Origin: Podarcis erhardii
Taxonomy: Eukaryota
Length of the DNA: 64,000 nt
NCBI GenBank assembly: GCA_964252035.1
Contig: OZ176202.1
Reading direction: 5' to 3' (one strand)
A program made the position numbers and the translations under genes. The notes under the pieces were generated by a model. It saw only the letters and a list, made by a program, of their open reading frames with translations. It ran no database searches and was not told the origin of the DNA. Shown here one piece after another: positions 1 through 13,709 of the stretch. Each line of letters starts with the position of its first letter. Position 1 is the first letter of the stretch.

Positions 1-2812
1 ATCAAGACAGTTGCAGCAGAGAAGCAGAAAACACAATATGCATGTACCCAAATTCTGCCTTTTAAAATAAGAGCATATCTAATCCATGAACAATAAAAAG
101 TATATTTAATTATTTTTTTAAAAAAAGAACAATATTGGGTCAGGACTCATCTTTCCTATAGCAGCTGTGACCTAGTTTGGATGCAAAGAACTTGACTCTC
201 TTTTCAGCAACCTTAGGCTTATATTTCATATTGATACAGCACTTGAAGAGAAGGTAGCTTTACAGTGCACCTTATTTTTGTTTGTTTATGCAGGGGTGGT
301 GCGTCCCATTTTACTGCTTGAGGCAAAACAGGAAGCGTCGCTCCCTGTGCCCCTTCTACCAGAGAAGCAGCACCAGCATCATCACTAATTTGCAGCAAGA
401 TTGTGACAAAATTGTGTGAGGTTTCCTGCGTTCCACAATATATTGCCAGAAATTGGCGAGATCTCATCCAGAATCAGTGGTGGGGCACCTGCGGAGGTGC
501 TGTTTTAGAGCCTTCTGCCGCCTGAGGCAGCAGTCTTGGCCTGTCTAATGGCTGTGCCAACCCTGTATTCATAACATCAAGAGATTTTGAACTTAAGCGG
601 AAACAAACTTGATGGTGTCAGAGTTTTACCCCATAGGAGTTGATACTGGGGTGAAGAAATCATTACCATTACTACCAGCCCTGTATAGTGACACAGCTGT
701 GCTTATATGGGATGTGTAGCCAATTATGCCCCTCCAATGATGGGTGACTCTTTGATCCAGCAGAAGCTTCTGTGAGCAGAGATGTATTGAGTCTCCGTTT
801 GCCCCATGCCTTTAAGATCCTATGTCACCTCCCAATCTGTTCCAAAAGGTCTTCATGCTTCTGGAGTAGATTGGGGTGTGTTTTTTTGCAGCTAGATAGA
901 GGAGGAGGAATCGGCAAAAATGTTAACAATTTAGTGCTTATGGAAGACCCTGCTGCCTGTCAGTGGATGGATGCTGTCGCATACTACCTACGAACCAATA
1001 ATCCAATTTTATGTTTCTACATTCTGGAATCCTTGTCAAATACCTTTCACTGGGTGTTCACTGATCAAAGACATTCATCAGTGGAACGTTCGCCATTTCT
1101 CTCTGTCTCTGCAGTGTCCTGCACCTTCTCAAAATCTGAAGTACACTCTGAATTTCCCTTTTCCCATTTCACTTATGGATACCTTATGTCAGTGGGCATT
1201 CACCATTGAATTCAACCTGCTATTATTTTCTCTCTCTGAAAAACTATGACTAAGACTGCAACCTATATATATCTACTCAGAAGTAAGCCCCATTGAGGTC
1301 AATGGACTTACTGCCACATTAATACGTATAGAATTTCAGGCTAAGGCTGCAATCCTGCACACAATTGTCTGGAAACAAATGTTATAGAAATCAATGGGAC
1401 TTTCATGTAAATTAGTCATGTAAAGAATTGCATTGTGTTTGACCTCAGTATCTGATTAATACAGTGCTTCAAGTGTAGGATTGTCAAGCATGGGTGACTA
1501 GGAATTCCTAACAATAACTATCCTTTCAGCTCTCCCTTCCTCTCTTCATTATCAATCTTACTGCTGCCTGCCCTGTTTAACAGGGAGAGGGGAGGAATAA
1601 TTGTCATTGAAAAGTATATTTATAATCAGTACTGGTGGCATGTTGAGTTTTAATATTCAGAATGGACATTCAAATGCTGCATTATATTTATCTAAAAGGA
1701 AAGCTCATTGTTGTGGGAAAATAACTATTTAATTATTTATCATCTAACTTTTAATATTTTAAAAAAGAAATGATTATTTTTTCCGCAAAAAGATTGTTTC
1801 CGAGTCTGTTAGCTTAGCAGATACTTAAATATTTAAAAGGTTAGAAGTGCTGGCTTTTAGCCACTTAACACAAAACTGAGGAATTGACTCCTGACTTCTT
1901 TGCACGATGAAGGAGATAGACCTAACCACCAGAAAAAGAGAAAATGTACTCTAATCTAACAGATTTGAAATGAATGCCATCAAATTGTTTGGGTGGAGCA
2001 GGGGGCATTGTGGCAGATATACAATCTTTTCATATAAGATTATTTTCATTGAAAGAAATACAATGGTGGTTTACAGACGACAACAACAGCAACAACAACA
2101 ACAAAATTATTTGTATCTCGCCTGGGCTCAGAGTGGCTAACATAATAAAAAAAAGATAAAAGATAACAAGATATAACAATAAAAGCAAAGTATCAGTATC
2201 AAGTAGAGAAGTCCGATATGCCAGGAGCAGGTATTAAAAGTCAGAAAATGTTTGGGTGAAAGGTTTTAATTGCCAATGGAAGCACTCAATAGCTGGTTGA
2301 TCTTCTGAGTATTTTCATTTCACAAGGTGAGTACCACCATGCAAAAAGCCCTTCTCTGCACCACTATGAAGTGGATATATGCACGGCATATTTTGCTGCA
2401 CAGCCCTAAATGTGTACAGAATGGACCTGTGTAGGCTATGTATACAGCAATGGGAACTCTGCAAAAAGCACAGTTTCCAGTTGTGTGGACTAGCCTAAGC
2501 GTGTACAGTGTGTGCATGTGAAGATGTACAGACTACATCTGCACTGGCTACTCACAGGGTGGAGTCAGCGCTTGCTACCATGATATAGGGATGTAGTCTA
2601 TTTGAGAGCATGAGTATAGTGTAGAGTAGAGTTAGAAACTGTGGCCAAAGAGATTCTGGTTCAATTCCATACCCAGCCATTAAGTTCTCACTAGGTTACT
2701 TTGGGCCACCTTCTATGTCTCAGTCGAAGCTACTTCACAGGTTTTATTGTGAGGATAAAATTCATTGCCTTACACTTTTTGTAGGCACAGCAAAGTAATA
2801 TAATATAATAAA

Positions 2813-3227
2813 TGTCAGGGAACTGCCATTGGCTCAGAGGCGAGAAATAGAAGGGCAGTTGTGTTACAGGGAGCCCCCGAAAATCTTGCGAAGCAACTCC
2901 CCTTCTGGGGAGGAGGAAAGCCCCACCTCCAGTAGGGAAGAGGTGCAAGGACCAGAGGATACTGGTAGGAGCCTTAACACCGCTTCTGGGCAAGCCGGTC
3001 AGGAGGGAAACACGCCCTTGCCATCGCCCATTCTGCGCAGTAGTTTGGGGTAACGGAACTCTTATGTTGGGGGAGGAAGAAGACCACTCCCAGATTCTGC
3101 TAGTGATTGAGCCAGACATGAGCTTTGCGGCTCTTCACTGTAAATAGTTTGCACCAAAATAAAGCCTGTAAAACACAGGTCAGAGTCCTGCCTGGTTACT
3201 CTCGAGCAACCGCAACAGCACCTGACA
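2813..3227 (+). mobile_element. Solo LTR (415 bp) of a different, probably Gypsy, family
   Basis: TGTCAGG...CCTGACA 7-bp terminal inverted repeat; 5-bp TSD ATAAA at 2808-2812 and 3228-3232; internal AATAAA. Confidence 0.85.
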
Positions 3228-3250
3228 ATAAATATAAAATAGAATAATGT

Positions 3251-3308
3251 ATAGTATAGTATAGTATAGTATAGTATAGTATAGTATAGTATAGTATAGT
3301 ATAGTATA
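3251..3308. repeat. (ATAGT)n microsatellite
   Basis: About 11 perfect units. Confidence 0.95.
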
Positions 3309-3682
3309 ATTAGTATAATATAATTGTGGCAACAGTAGCACAGTGTTTGTGAAAAAGAGAGCTATAACATAGGATATTATTTAGGATAAGGGAGGGCAAT
3401 AGGACAGAGATAAGGAACTCATGGCCCTCCAAGTGCTTTTGGACTTGTAAGTCCCATAAGCCATTATGGTCATCAGGGATGATGGGAACTATAGCCCGAC
3501 AATATCGGTCAGAACATAGGTTTCACATCCTTTCTGGCCCTTTGTGCCTGCTGAAGATTACACACAAACTTGGTAAAATTTGCCTGTTAGTGCTGGGCCT
3601 TCAAGATAAGTTTTATTCAACAACCCACCATAATTCATTTATTCAACCCAACGAAAGAATATTCTGTGTATTTCTGCTGCAG

Positions 3683-3910
3683 GGAACAACGCATCAAACT
3701 CACTTGTTTGGTTTGAAGCCATTCACAACTTACCATATTCATGTTGTTGCTGTCAACAACGCTGGGCAAGTTTCAAGTCCATGGACTTCCGTGCGCACCC
3801 TGGAAGCCCCCCCAAGTGGCCTGTCCAACTTTACCGTGGAAAAGAAGGAGAACGGCAGGGCGCTGTTACTTAAATGGGCAGAGCCTTCCAAGCCCAATGG
3901 CAACATTAAG
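3683..3910 (+). CDS. USH2A: Usherin exon (human exon 62 equivalent), FN3 repeat
   Basis: gcag|GGAACA...AAG|gtaagc; 228 nt, the recalled human exon 62 size; encodes GTTHQTHLFGLKPFTTY...KPNGNIK. Confidence 0.95.
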
Positions 3911-4286
3911 GTAAGCCCAACCTAGAAAATGACTTAATCAGGGTGGAAAGGTATGAACATACGTTAGAACATCATTGCTGAATACATGGTGAAAATTGTT
4001 GTCCGTTTTGTAGTTCTGAAGGGGTGTGTGGTTTGTATGTAAGGTGCGAGTGATGTCAGGTCCTGCATCAATAGACAGCCACCAGCATAGATTATGTCTT
4101 CCTTCGACCCTTTACAAGCCACCTCCCTGTTCTTAGTTAAATGATCTGGAGCAACAGACACTATCAAAGAAAACTCCCAGGACCCATGAGCCAAAGGAGA
4201 ACTATGGGGCCATGACATTGGGTGATACTTTACTAAGGGACCCCATTAACCATAGAACTGGCCTTAAGTGATATTGTCCTAAATTA

Positions 4287-4530
4287 CAGTGGTACCTCGG
4301 GTTAAGAACTTAATTCATTCTGGAGGTCCGTTCTTAACCTGAAACTATTCTTAACCTGAGGTACCACTTTAGCTAATGGGCCTCCTGCTGTCGCCGCCGC
4401 GCTGCCACCACGCGATTTGTGTTCTCATCCTGAAGCAAAGTTCTTAACCTGAAGTACTATTTCTGGGTTAGCGGAGTCTGTAACCTGAAGCGTCTGTAAC
4501 CTGAAGCATCTGGAACCCAAGGTACCACTG
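4287..4530. mobile_element. Tc1/mariner-type MITE (CAGTGGTACCTCGGG TIR family)
   Basis: TIRs and TA TSD; related to copies at 17176 and 24536 but in the opposite orientation. Confidence 0.88.
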
Positions 4531-5153
4531 TATTCAAATGAAAGTAAAGCTGGTTATATGGGAAACTCTCACCATGAAGACTCTTGTGCTCATGACAGGC
4601 AAGATATATGTGTGAAATGCTGAGGACCCTGTTTCTGTCATAATTACTTTCTTCCTTTGCACTATCTTTGCTAAATTTAATTCTCATAGTATTTTTCTTT
4701 TCTTTTCTACCTTTCTTTCCCCACCTTTGACTGTAGGATATATGTATGATTGTATGAAGATGTAGCTATCACAGGTTTTTAGTAATTGTTTTGCAAGTGG
4801 TGTCCTTTTGATGGATATTGGGCTACATTCTTAGAATTACAAAGAGCTCTATAGGTTTGTTACCATGAACAGTTGGATATCCTGCATTAAACAGAACTGC
4901 AGTAGATTGTCCATTAAACAGCATGACGTGTTATAATTTCTCTACATTTGTTGTCTTATCCTATTTATTTAAGCATGCTTAAAAAACAACAGTGTGATTA
5001 AAGCTGCCACTTATATATTAAACGAAAAGCCGCCCAAAGCAGCTTAATGTGACATTTAGTTGGACCTTCTGTTCTTTACCTTTGGTGACTTTTCTGCTTT
5101 CCTTTCGGTGCTTCTCAGAGTGCAGGGGTGGGGAGTGAGAGGAGGCAATCATT

Positions 5154-5403
5154 CATGGGTAGGCAGACTAAGGCCCAGGGGCCAGATCCGGCCCAATCAC
5201 CTTCTAAATCCGGCCCACGGATGGTCCAAGAATCAGCGTGTTTTTACATGAGTAGAATGTGTGCTTTTATTTAAAATGCATCTCTGGGTTATTTGTGGGG
5301 CACAGGAATTCTTTTTTTCTCTCTTCAAAATATAGTCTGGCCCCCCCACAAGGTCTGGGGGACAGTGGACCGGCCCCCTGCTGAAAAAGCTTGCTGACCC
5401 CTG
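5154..5403. mobile_element. hAT-type MITE
   Basis: CATGGGTAGGCA...TGCTGACCCCTG termini; degenerate 8-bp TSD (CAATCATT / CAATAGTT). Confidence 0.7.
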
Positions 5404-6590
5404 CAATAGTTCTTCCTTCTAGGAACATAATCACTGGGCTTTTCTTTCTCTCAGAAACAATTGGGGAAGGAATGGTTGCTGCTCCTTCTTATTGCTCTGG
5501 TTTGTTTGCTTGCTTAATATGCAGCTTGATCTTCAGTTCCTTGTTTCTCAGGACCTTTCCCCATCTCCAAGTGAGGGCTTAATCCTGTTAATGCCAAACT
5601 TGCAATATTCCCTTTTGTCACATATATTCAACTGCAAACTATGGATCCCTGAGCAACAGGGGTCTTTAGCCACATAAATTCAGCCAGTCATTGTCAGAGA
5701 CTTCACTGTGACAAGTCCAATGTAGACTGTATGCCAGCCTTCAGCCTCGCTGCCAGGCCGGGCCGGGCAACAGCCAATGCCCAACCAGCATGCTAGGCAC
5801 CACCCTCCAAACGGGGCCTCTGATTGGCCCATTCAAATTAGCCCTCTTTGGCGGGAAGACTGCCCATTGATACCACCAGCCAAGGGGAATTCTCCAGCCC
5901 CAGCCTGCAAACAAGCACAACCTAGTTGCTGGGGTCATACACAGAGGGGGCCTCAACTGTTGCTCCCCACAGACACAGTGAGCAGCCACTGTAGGACAGC
6001 CTTCCTCTGAGGCCCAGGACAGTACATATGAGTTTCCTCCCCCCCCACACACACACACACCGTTCCTCATCACAACAACACAGGCATTGATGTCCACAGG
6101 GAGGTTAAGGTTATTCCCCTTCTGTCAGATGAACCATAATCCCAGATTTTATTTTTTAAAACCAGCCTTTTTAGAACCTAAGATAAGAGGTAAAGGGGGC
6201 AGACACCCTTCTGCCAGAGTGTGGGTGTGTGTAACTAGTCTGCTCCCACATTTCACTGTTTTAGCCGAAATGCATACCCTGACAGAATGATCACCTTAAT
6301 ATGGCTTTTCCTTCCAACATCTCTTGCAGAAAATAATGTTGTTCTTTTGGAGGAGGGAAGGGTTGAAGGTGGATGTCCCAGGTTTTATGGGCGCACACCA
6401 AACATTTATTGTGGCTTGCAGAGTACTTGACAGGCTGTTTATGGCGTCTATGATGGGAGTCATACATATCTGGCAGGCTGCATTTGGCTTATTGAGCTGG
6501 AAGCAATGCAGGCCTGAGTTGCAGGATTCGGCTGTGAATGTCTTGCCTGTAACGTATAGCTTTTGTTGATATATGTTATTTTTCTTCCAG

Positions 6591-8107
6591 ACCTACAATA
6601 TTTTCAACGATGATAACCTGGAATACAGTGGTTTGTCTCGTCAGTTTCTCTTCAAGCGCCTGGAGCCTTTCACTCTCTACATCCTAGTCCTTGAAGCTTG
6701 CACTGCAGCTGGCTGCAGCCGCTCTTCACCCCAGCCAATCTGGACAGACGAAGCTCCTCCTGAATCTCAGCTGGCCCCTGTAATCCAGTCGGTGAATGCA
6801 ACCGGCATTGGACTGAGCTGGTCTCCGCCAATTAATTCAAATGGAAAAATAATGCGCTATGAAGTTATTCAGAGACGCAGCAAAGGAAATGCTTCAGGGA
6901 ACAATGCAACAACAGAAGAAGAGGAAAATGTTTTCACCGAATATAACACTGGGAGCACAACATTTGTATACAGTGCTCAACATTTGCAGCCATGGACAAG
7001 GTATGAATATAAGATACGTGCCTGGAATTCAGCCGGTTATGCTGACAGTTCATGGTCTGCTGCAGAGACCAGTCAAGCTGCCCCAGTGGGCTTGGCTGCC
7101 CCTGTCTTGAGATATATCCCCAAAAGTCCAAACAAAATTTGGATCTTGTGGTCCTCCCCAGAAGAGCCCAATGGCATTTTGCAGTCTTATAGGCTCCACA
7201 GAAATAACGTTCCATATCCTTTTAGCTTTGACGCTGCTACTTTCAACTATACTGATGAAGAGTTACTGCCATATACAGAATACAACTATGCAGTAACTGC
7301 TTGTACTATGGGAGGCTGCTCCACCAGCAACCATGCCAGTATTCGGACACTTGAGGCAGCTCCAGCATTCGTGGACCCTCCCACCCTAGAAGATCTTGGT
7401 TCCACCCAAATGAACATATCGTGGTTACCACCCCAGATCCAAAATGGAGAAATCACAAAGTACATTTTAAAATTAAATGGTGAAGAGCTCTATGTTGGAA
7501 AAAGTTTATTCAGAAAAGTGTTGAATCTACAGCCTTATACCAGGTATGACATCATGCTAGTTGCTTGTACCAATGGAGGCTGTACAGCTAGTGCACCCCA
7601 ATCTGTTTGGACAATGGAGGCTGCACCACTTAATATAGATGCCCCCAGCTTGCTAGTGACAGGTTCAGAATCGATAGAAATCATGTGGAAGGCTCCTGCA
7701 AATCCAAATGGCAAAATCCAAAGTTATGAGCTAAGGAGAGACGGGTTTCTGGTTTATTTGGGGCTAGATACTCGTTATCATGACTTTATGCTAACTCCAG
7801 GAAAAGAATACAGCTACGCTGTTACTGCAAACAACAGCCAAGGAAGCGTCACCAGTGCTGTAGCCACAAGCAGAACTAATCCCTCTGCCCCATCTGGAAT
7901 GTCACCTCCTCGACTGCAGGCATGGTCCTCAGAGACAATTTTGGTTACTTGGGACCCACCAGCAAAAGTCAATGGGGATATAGTCAGCTATACAATCACG
8001 CTGCGGGACCCTATTGAATCGGAGAAGAAAGCTGTTCATCTGGAGTCAACACATGTTTCCTTTGGGAGGCGGTACTACACTTTCGCTGCATTAAAACCCT
8101 ATCACAG
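6591..8107 (+). CDS. USH2A: Usherin exon (human exon 63 equivalent), tandem FN3 repeats
   Basis: ttccag|ACCTAC...CAG|gtaact; 1517 nt, the recalled human size; lies in ORF 6573-8111 with repeated W..P...NG.I..Y FN3 signatures. Confidence 0.97.
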
Positions 8108-8597
8108 GTAACTTGTGAACACGTACTTCGATGAGTGAATATTGTCTCTTATTCTGATCATAGTGTGACCCATGAAAAAAGCAGAACAAAATGCTCTTAT
8201 GCCAATGCAGCCCTAGATGACTTGCGAATTTTGGCTCCCTGTAACCAGTTTGTTCTACCGGTTAAGGGGGAATTGGGAGGTTGGTATCCTCAAGATGCAG
8301 AAAACCAAACAGCATGTAAAAATAGACTTAGCAGGAAGGACCCCATATTTCTCCCTGACAGAGGCACCAGCTTCTTTGCATGATTGAGGGAGCCCTACAC
8401 AACATCATGGTATCACGCACACAATGTCATGAGGAGCTAGGGGGTGGTGCTGAACATTGAGGGGGCCAAAAAGTGCTTCGGCCCCTAGAAGCTACCAGCT
8501 ATGCTGCCTAACAGAGCTGTGCCTTCAGAATATGATGCTAGGTTAGTGGAGTTTGCCAAAATATTCCTGCTAATACATTATGAACAATGTCTCAAGG

Positions 8598-8600
<3 letters not shown>

Positions 8601-8647
<47 letters not shown>
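8601..8647. repeat. (AAT)n microsatellite, tail of a reversed LINE 3' end
   Basis: About 15 units; source of the poly-Ile and poly-Asn ORFs in the track. Confidence 0.95.
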
Positions 8648-10208
8648 TTTATTTATTTATATCCCGCCCTCCCCAGCCGAAGCCGGGCTCAGGGCGGCTA
8701 ACAAAAATCATAACAATTAATCATAGAATCATATATTTGCAGAGTTGGAAGGGACTGCAGGAGTCATCTAGCAATGCAGGAATCTTTTTGCCCAACGTGG
8801 GGCTCAAACCTGAGATTAAGAGTCTTTACCAACTGAGTTTATGAGATCTCTTCAGACTGGTCTTTAGTACTGAATGGAGGGTGGCTGTGGCAGCTTTGAG
8901 CTGAAAGTATAGTAGATTATCCATTGTAAAAACTGTCAACTCTCCATTCAGCAGAGCTTACTGAATCAATCAATTTTTCTTTTTCTTATAGCCAGCCCTT
9001 GTCAATGGGATCTTTAATATGCCACTAGCTGCTCAATTAGAAGAGGGCCTTTTATCAATAGCTTCAGAAAAGTCTCCTACTTTTTTTCCTTTTCAACTCT
9101 AAGTATGTGTATAGGCCTAACCACACATGCGCATCACATTCCCTGCCTTTTGATGCATGGCAATCTCGGAATTGCAGGAAACAGTGCTCATTTCTTTTCC
9201 TCCCAGAAAGGGTTGTCCCATTATTTTCAGTGGAAACTTATAGGAAGTGGCTAGATGCACATGCAAGGTTTTCAACCAATTATTTTAACATGTTTTCACT
9301 TGCTAGCTAAGTGGAGAAGTAATGCACACATTTGTGCAGTAGAAGTCTCATTGATCTCCCATCATTATTTTATAAATAAGAGCATGGGCAGAGAAAGATA
9401 AAAGTTCTGTCTGAGTCATGGATAGTCATGGGAACAAACCATAGTCCATGGCCCAGCTTTTCTCAGCTGGCTGGCAGTCCAAAATCTCTGGAGGCCACCA
9501 GATTGTGGTAGGCTAACAATTAATTTTGTAAATTTAATGCAAACGGGCTGGAATGCGAGTTCAGATCACAAAGCCTGATCCTTTTTCTTTGGCAGAGTTT
9601 ATGATACAAATGTTGCAGCATGATTATATTTCTTAGAAATGTGGTAAGACTTGTTTGTTTCAGCTAACTTTGAGTGGCCTGAGTTAAGCTTTCTGTTTCA
9701 TCATATATTTTGAAATTATAAGCCACCTAATTGGTTGACTGAACAAGGAACCTACAGTTTGCCTTACAGTAGATATAAGGAACTTTTAACATTCAAATAC
9801 AACTTCTTTCTAGTTCAGGCAAAGCATAGCCATTATCTCATTCAAAGTACTGTGTTCCTAATATATAAATCATGCTGATTTGTTGCAGACATGGGGATCG
9901 CAGTGCACACACATGCAGGAATGTTTCCATCCATTTCAGCAAAGGAGATGAAGGGGTGTGCGTGTTTGCAACTCTTGCTTTGCACTGAGCTTAATGGAGG
10001 GAGGGGAGTGCTTATGCAGGAGATCAACACATGCATTGAAGGTTCTGGACCTTCATGCATGTGAGGCCATTATGCTTGCTACCCAGCCGGATGGGTGTGG
10101 TATATTACTACTACTACTACTTGCACCACAGTGCAAAAAGTGGAGGGAAAAGAAACATCTCACCCAGTGAAATGCCCTCCCATCAGATGTCAAACAGATA
10201 AATAACTA

Positions 10209-10458
10209 TAGCCGTACCTTTGATCCCAAACACCTTGCGAGTCGAACGTTTTGGCTCCCAAATGCCACAAACCCGGAAGTGAGTGTGCCAGTTGCGAATG
10301 TTCTTTGGAAGCCGAACATCCAATGTGGCTTCTGAGGCTTCCAATTGAGTGCAGGAAGCTCCTGCAGCCAATCAGAAGCCATGCCTTGGTTGTCAAACGT
10401 TTTCAGAAGTCAAACGGACCTCCGGAATGGATTCTGTTTGACAACCAAGGTACGACTA
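10209..10458. mobile_element. Tc1/mariner-type MITE
   Basis: TAGCCGTACCTT...AAGGTACGACTA TIRs flanked by TA. Confidence 0.75.
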
Positions 10459-10706
10459 TATGACTTTTAGAAGACACCTGAAGGCAGCCCTGTACAGGGA
10501 AGTTTTAAATGGTTGATGTTTTATTGTGTTCTTAATATTTTGTTGGGAGCCACCAAGAGTATTATTATTTGCGTTTATTTTAAAACACAACACTGCTGTG
10601 CACACCTCTCTTTTGGAACATCTTTACTGTAATCTACACGTATGTGCAATAGATACATTTATAGCCCTCCTTCTACTTAATTTCCTACTGATGTGTTTTT
10701 CTAAAG

Positions 10707-11028
10707 GTATGAAGTCCAAGTGCAAGCTTGCACACTCCTGGGCTGCACTTCCAGTGAATGGGCTTCTCTACAGACCCTTGAAGCACCTCCTGAAATCCAG
10801 CCAGCCCCACTCATAGATGTGCAGTCAAGTCATGGTGGAATCCAGTCTGTTCTTTCCATTGTGTGGACAGGTCCAAAGCAACCAAATGGGAAGATCTTAT
10901 ATTACGAGCTTTACAGAAGACAAGTAACACTTGAGCAACCAAATCTAGACCTGGTCCTTGTTTATAATGGTTCATCCACATTCTTCAAAGATGCCACACT
11001 TCTGCCTTTTACTGAATATGAATATCAG
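10707..11028 (+). CDS. USH2A: Usherin exon (human exon 64 equivalent)
   Basis: ctaaag|GTATGA...CAG|gtatgt; 322 nt; in phase with its neighbours; ACTLLGCTSSEW...LLPFTEYEYQ. Confidence 0.95.
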
Positions 11029-13390
11029 GTATGTCACATATAGAATGAAGACCTAATCCTATGATTCCTATGAACATCTTAGGAAAGAAGTTTTATTGCT
11101 AAATTGTTAATACACTGTAAAAGACTATATACTCAGAAAAAGTGTTATGATAATTCCATATAGTTCACATGGACAAAAAGGGCTTCAAGAATTAAATACA
11201 GTCAATGTCCCTCCCTGTTTTTTGGCATTCCCATTTTTACACATATGCATTTTTTGTAATGCACAGAAACTTACATGTTTTCAGAGGCATGGTGTGAAAT
11301 GTTTGTGAATGCTCTCAGCACTTTTGTTTGTTTGCATATTTATACTCCATGCTTTCATAAAAATCTATCCAGGTAGCATACAGCATCTAAAAATAAAACC
11401 AGCAAGAAGCATCCATAAAAAGATACCATTCATATTGCAAAGGCCTATCAAAACAATATAGTTTCAAAAGATGTGTGATGGAAGGAAGGGATGCATCCTG
11501 CTTGAACCACTGTTGGTAGGGAGTTCAACAGGCAGAGCCTGCCACACTGAAGACCTGGCCCCTAGTGAAGGCTAACTGAATCTCAGGGGGTGTGAGGAGC
11601 CTCCGGAAGTGCCCCACCAGAGGATCTCAGTATGTTGAACCTGGCATAGTCATCTGGCTGGCTGCTGCATTCTACGCTAGTTGAAGCTTCCAGACCAGAT
11701 ACAAGGGCAGCCCCACATAAAGCATGTTACAGTAATCATTCAGTTGCAGCTCCTTCCCTCAAAGGGAAGTACTATTTACTCTGAGTGGCTGCTGCTCTCT
11801 CAGTCTGCAGTTTCCCAATCCTACCTGGAGGTGCTGGGGATTGAACCTGGGATTTTGTGCATGCAGAACAAATGTCCTGCCCCTGAACTACAGCCTGCAA
11901 TAGAGGATGCTGCCTTGCTGATGAGGTTTAAGCTGCCAGTCTGATCAGGACTGGAAGGGTGTGTGAGTGTAGGTGTGAGCTGGGCATTCTGTTCTTGATG
12001 TGTATGGCCTGGCTTGGCTCCATATAGAGCTATTTCTAGATGGAGATAGCTTTTGTACTGTATGTGCATAATAGTAAATCCAGAGGCCTCTTAGCCATGT
12101 CATGAACTTTAAAGGAAAGGTTATATTAACTCTCTCGCTTCAGTCATTATTCCCGTATGTCTTCTTTTCTGAAGAGAACATAAAGCCTAATGAACTTTGG
12201 ATGTCTTCTCTGTTTGCCACTGAATGTTCTTGGGTGATCAGACTGAATCTGTATTGCTGCTGTTGAGAAGTGTGTGACCTCCATTTGGCAAGTGTATGCC
12301 AAAACGTCTGGCATCTTGGGGGAGCCCATCTTTCATCGCTGACGATGGCTCTTGGGTTACTTGATTTCCTACTCTTTCTAATGATGTAATTTTCCTTAAA
12401 CTTCAATGAACTTAATGGCAATGAGGTAACTGCTAGGATTCTTTCCAAAATAGATCGCTTTATTTTAGAGACTGGTATCTTTTTTATCCTCCCCTCTTCC
12501 CCTACCCACATCCCTCTCTTCCCAGTTAATGTACCTGAGGGGATACTTTTTTCTTGTAATTGGGCTCTTTGTGGACAAAATTATTAAATCTTTTCAAAAA
12601 ACTATCCGGTACATTATGGTTGAGGTAAGCGCCTTTAAATCAGGTGCTCGGTGTGTTTTGGAAGCAGTGTGAGCTTCTTAAATGAGTAGATGTCTCGTGT
12701 CTGAGACTAAGGGGAAGAGAAGAGGCACTGGAAATTCATTTTCCCTCTATTTTCTAAAACGTATTAGAGCTATCATGTGCCTTCTACAGCACTGGTCTTC
12801 AACTAGTGGGTGGAGACCCACTGGTGGGTCACAGCCTGATCCAAGGTAGGTCACAAAAGGAGGTCTACCATCATGCAAATATATGCCAAAAGGTTGATAA
12901 ATTGGTCCTCAAATGCATGTTTGGGTCTAAAGTGAGTACTGGGTCTTAAAAGGTTGACAATACCTATTCTACAGGATAGGATTATCACAAAATCCAAACA
13001 AGTGAAGAATCCTGTGGCACCTTAACATCTAGCAGATTTAATATGACATCACCTTTCATAAAGACAAAAGTTAATTAAGTAAATGGATTTAAACATGATC
13101 TTATTGGTTATTTAAAACAATGAACTGAAGTCCGTCGATGGCCATTATTTCATTCTTCTAGAGTACATTATTTCATGTGTGGAATGCATATAATCTATTC
13201 AGAACAGGGTTTCTATGGGTCTAAACATAATCCTGTTTCCTTCTTTCCACTACATGGTGCATACAGGCAAAAGCATTACAGGGAATGTTTTCCCCACCCC
13301 ACTATTTTAATTATGCAAAACGATGCATGGTATGCCGTGCTGGTCCCACTCAGAGTAGACACTGAAGTTAATGGACAAGACTAATTTATG

Positions 13391-13709
13391 GACTGCAAGA
13401 AGATCAAACCTATCCACTCTGAAGGAAATCAGCCCTGAGTGCTCACTGGAAGGACAGATCCTGAAGCTGAGACTCCAATACTTTGGCCACCTCGTGAGAA
13501 GAGAAGACTCCCTGGAAAAGACCCTGATGTTGGGAAAGATGGAGGGCACAAGGAGAAGGGGATGACAGAGGACGAGATGGTTGGACAGTGTTCTCGAAGC
13601 TACCAGCATGAGTTTGACCAAACTGTGAGAGGCAGTGGAAGACAGGAGTGCCTGGTATGCTCTGGTCCATGGGGTCACGAAGAGTCGTACACAACTAAAC
13701 AACAACAAC
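13391..13709 (+). mobile_element. 5'-truncated Bov-B (RTE) LINE
   Basis: ...LKLRLQYFGHLVRREDSLEKTLMLGKMEG ORF end, (CAA)n tail, 8-bp TSD AATTTATG at 13383-13390 and 13710-13717. Confidence 0.88.

Noticed and set aside
8501-8844. ORFs with poly-Ile or poly-Asn tracts
   Set aside because: Translations of an (AAT)n microsatellite.
12140-12511. 123-aa minus-strand ORF in intron 64
   Set aside because: No recognisable homology, non-ATG start and no splice support; could be an old repeat. Needs a database search.
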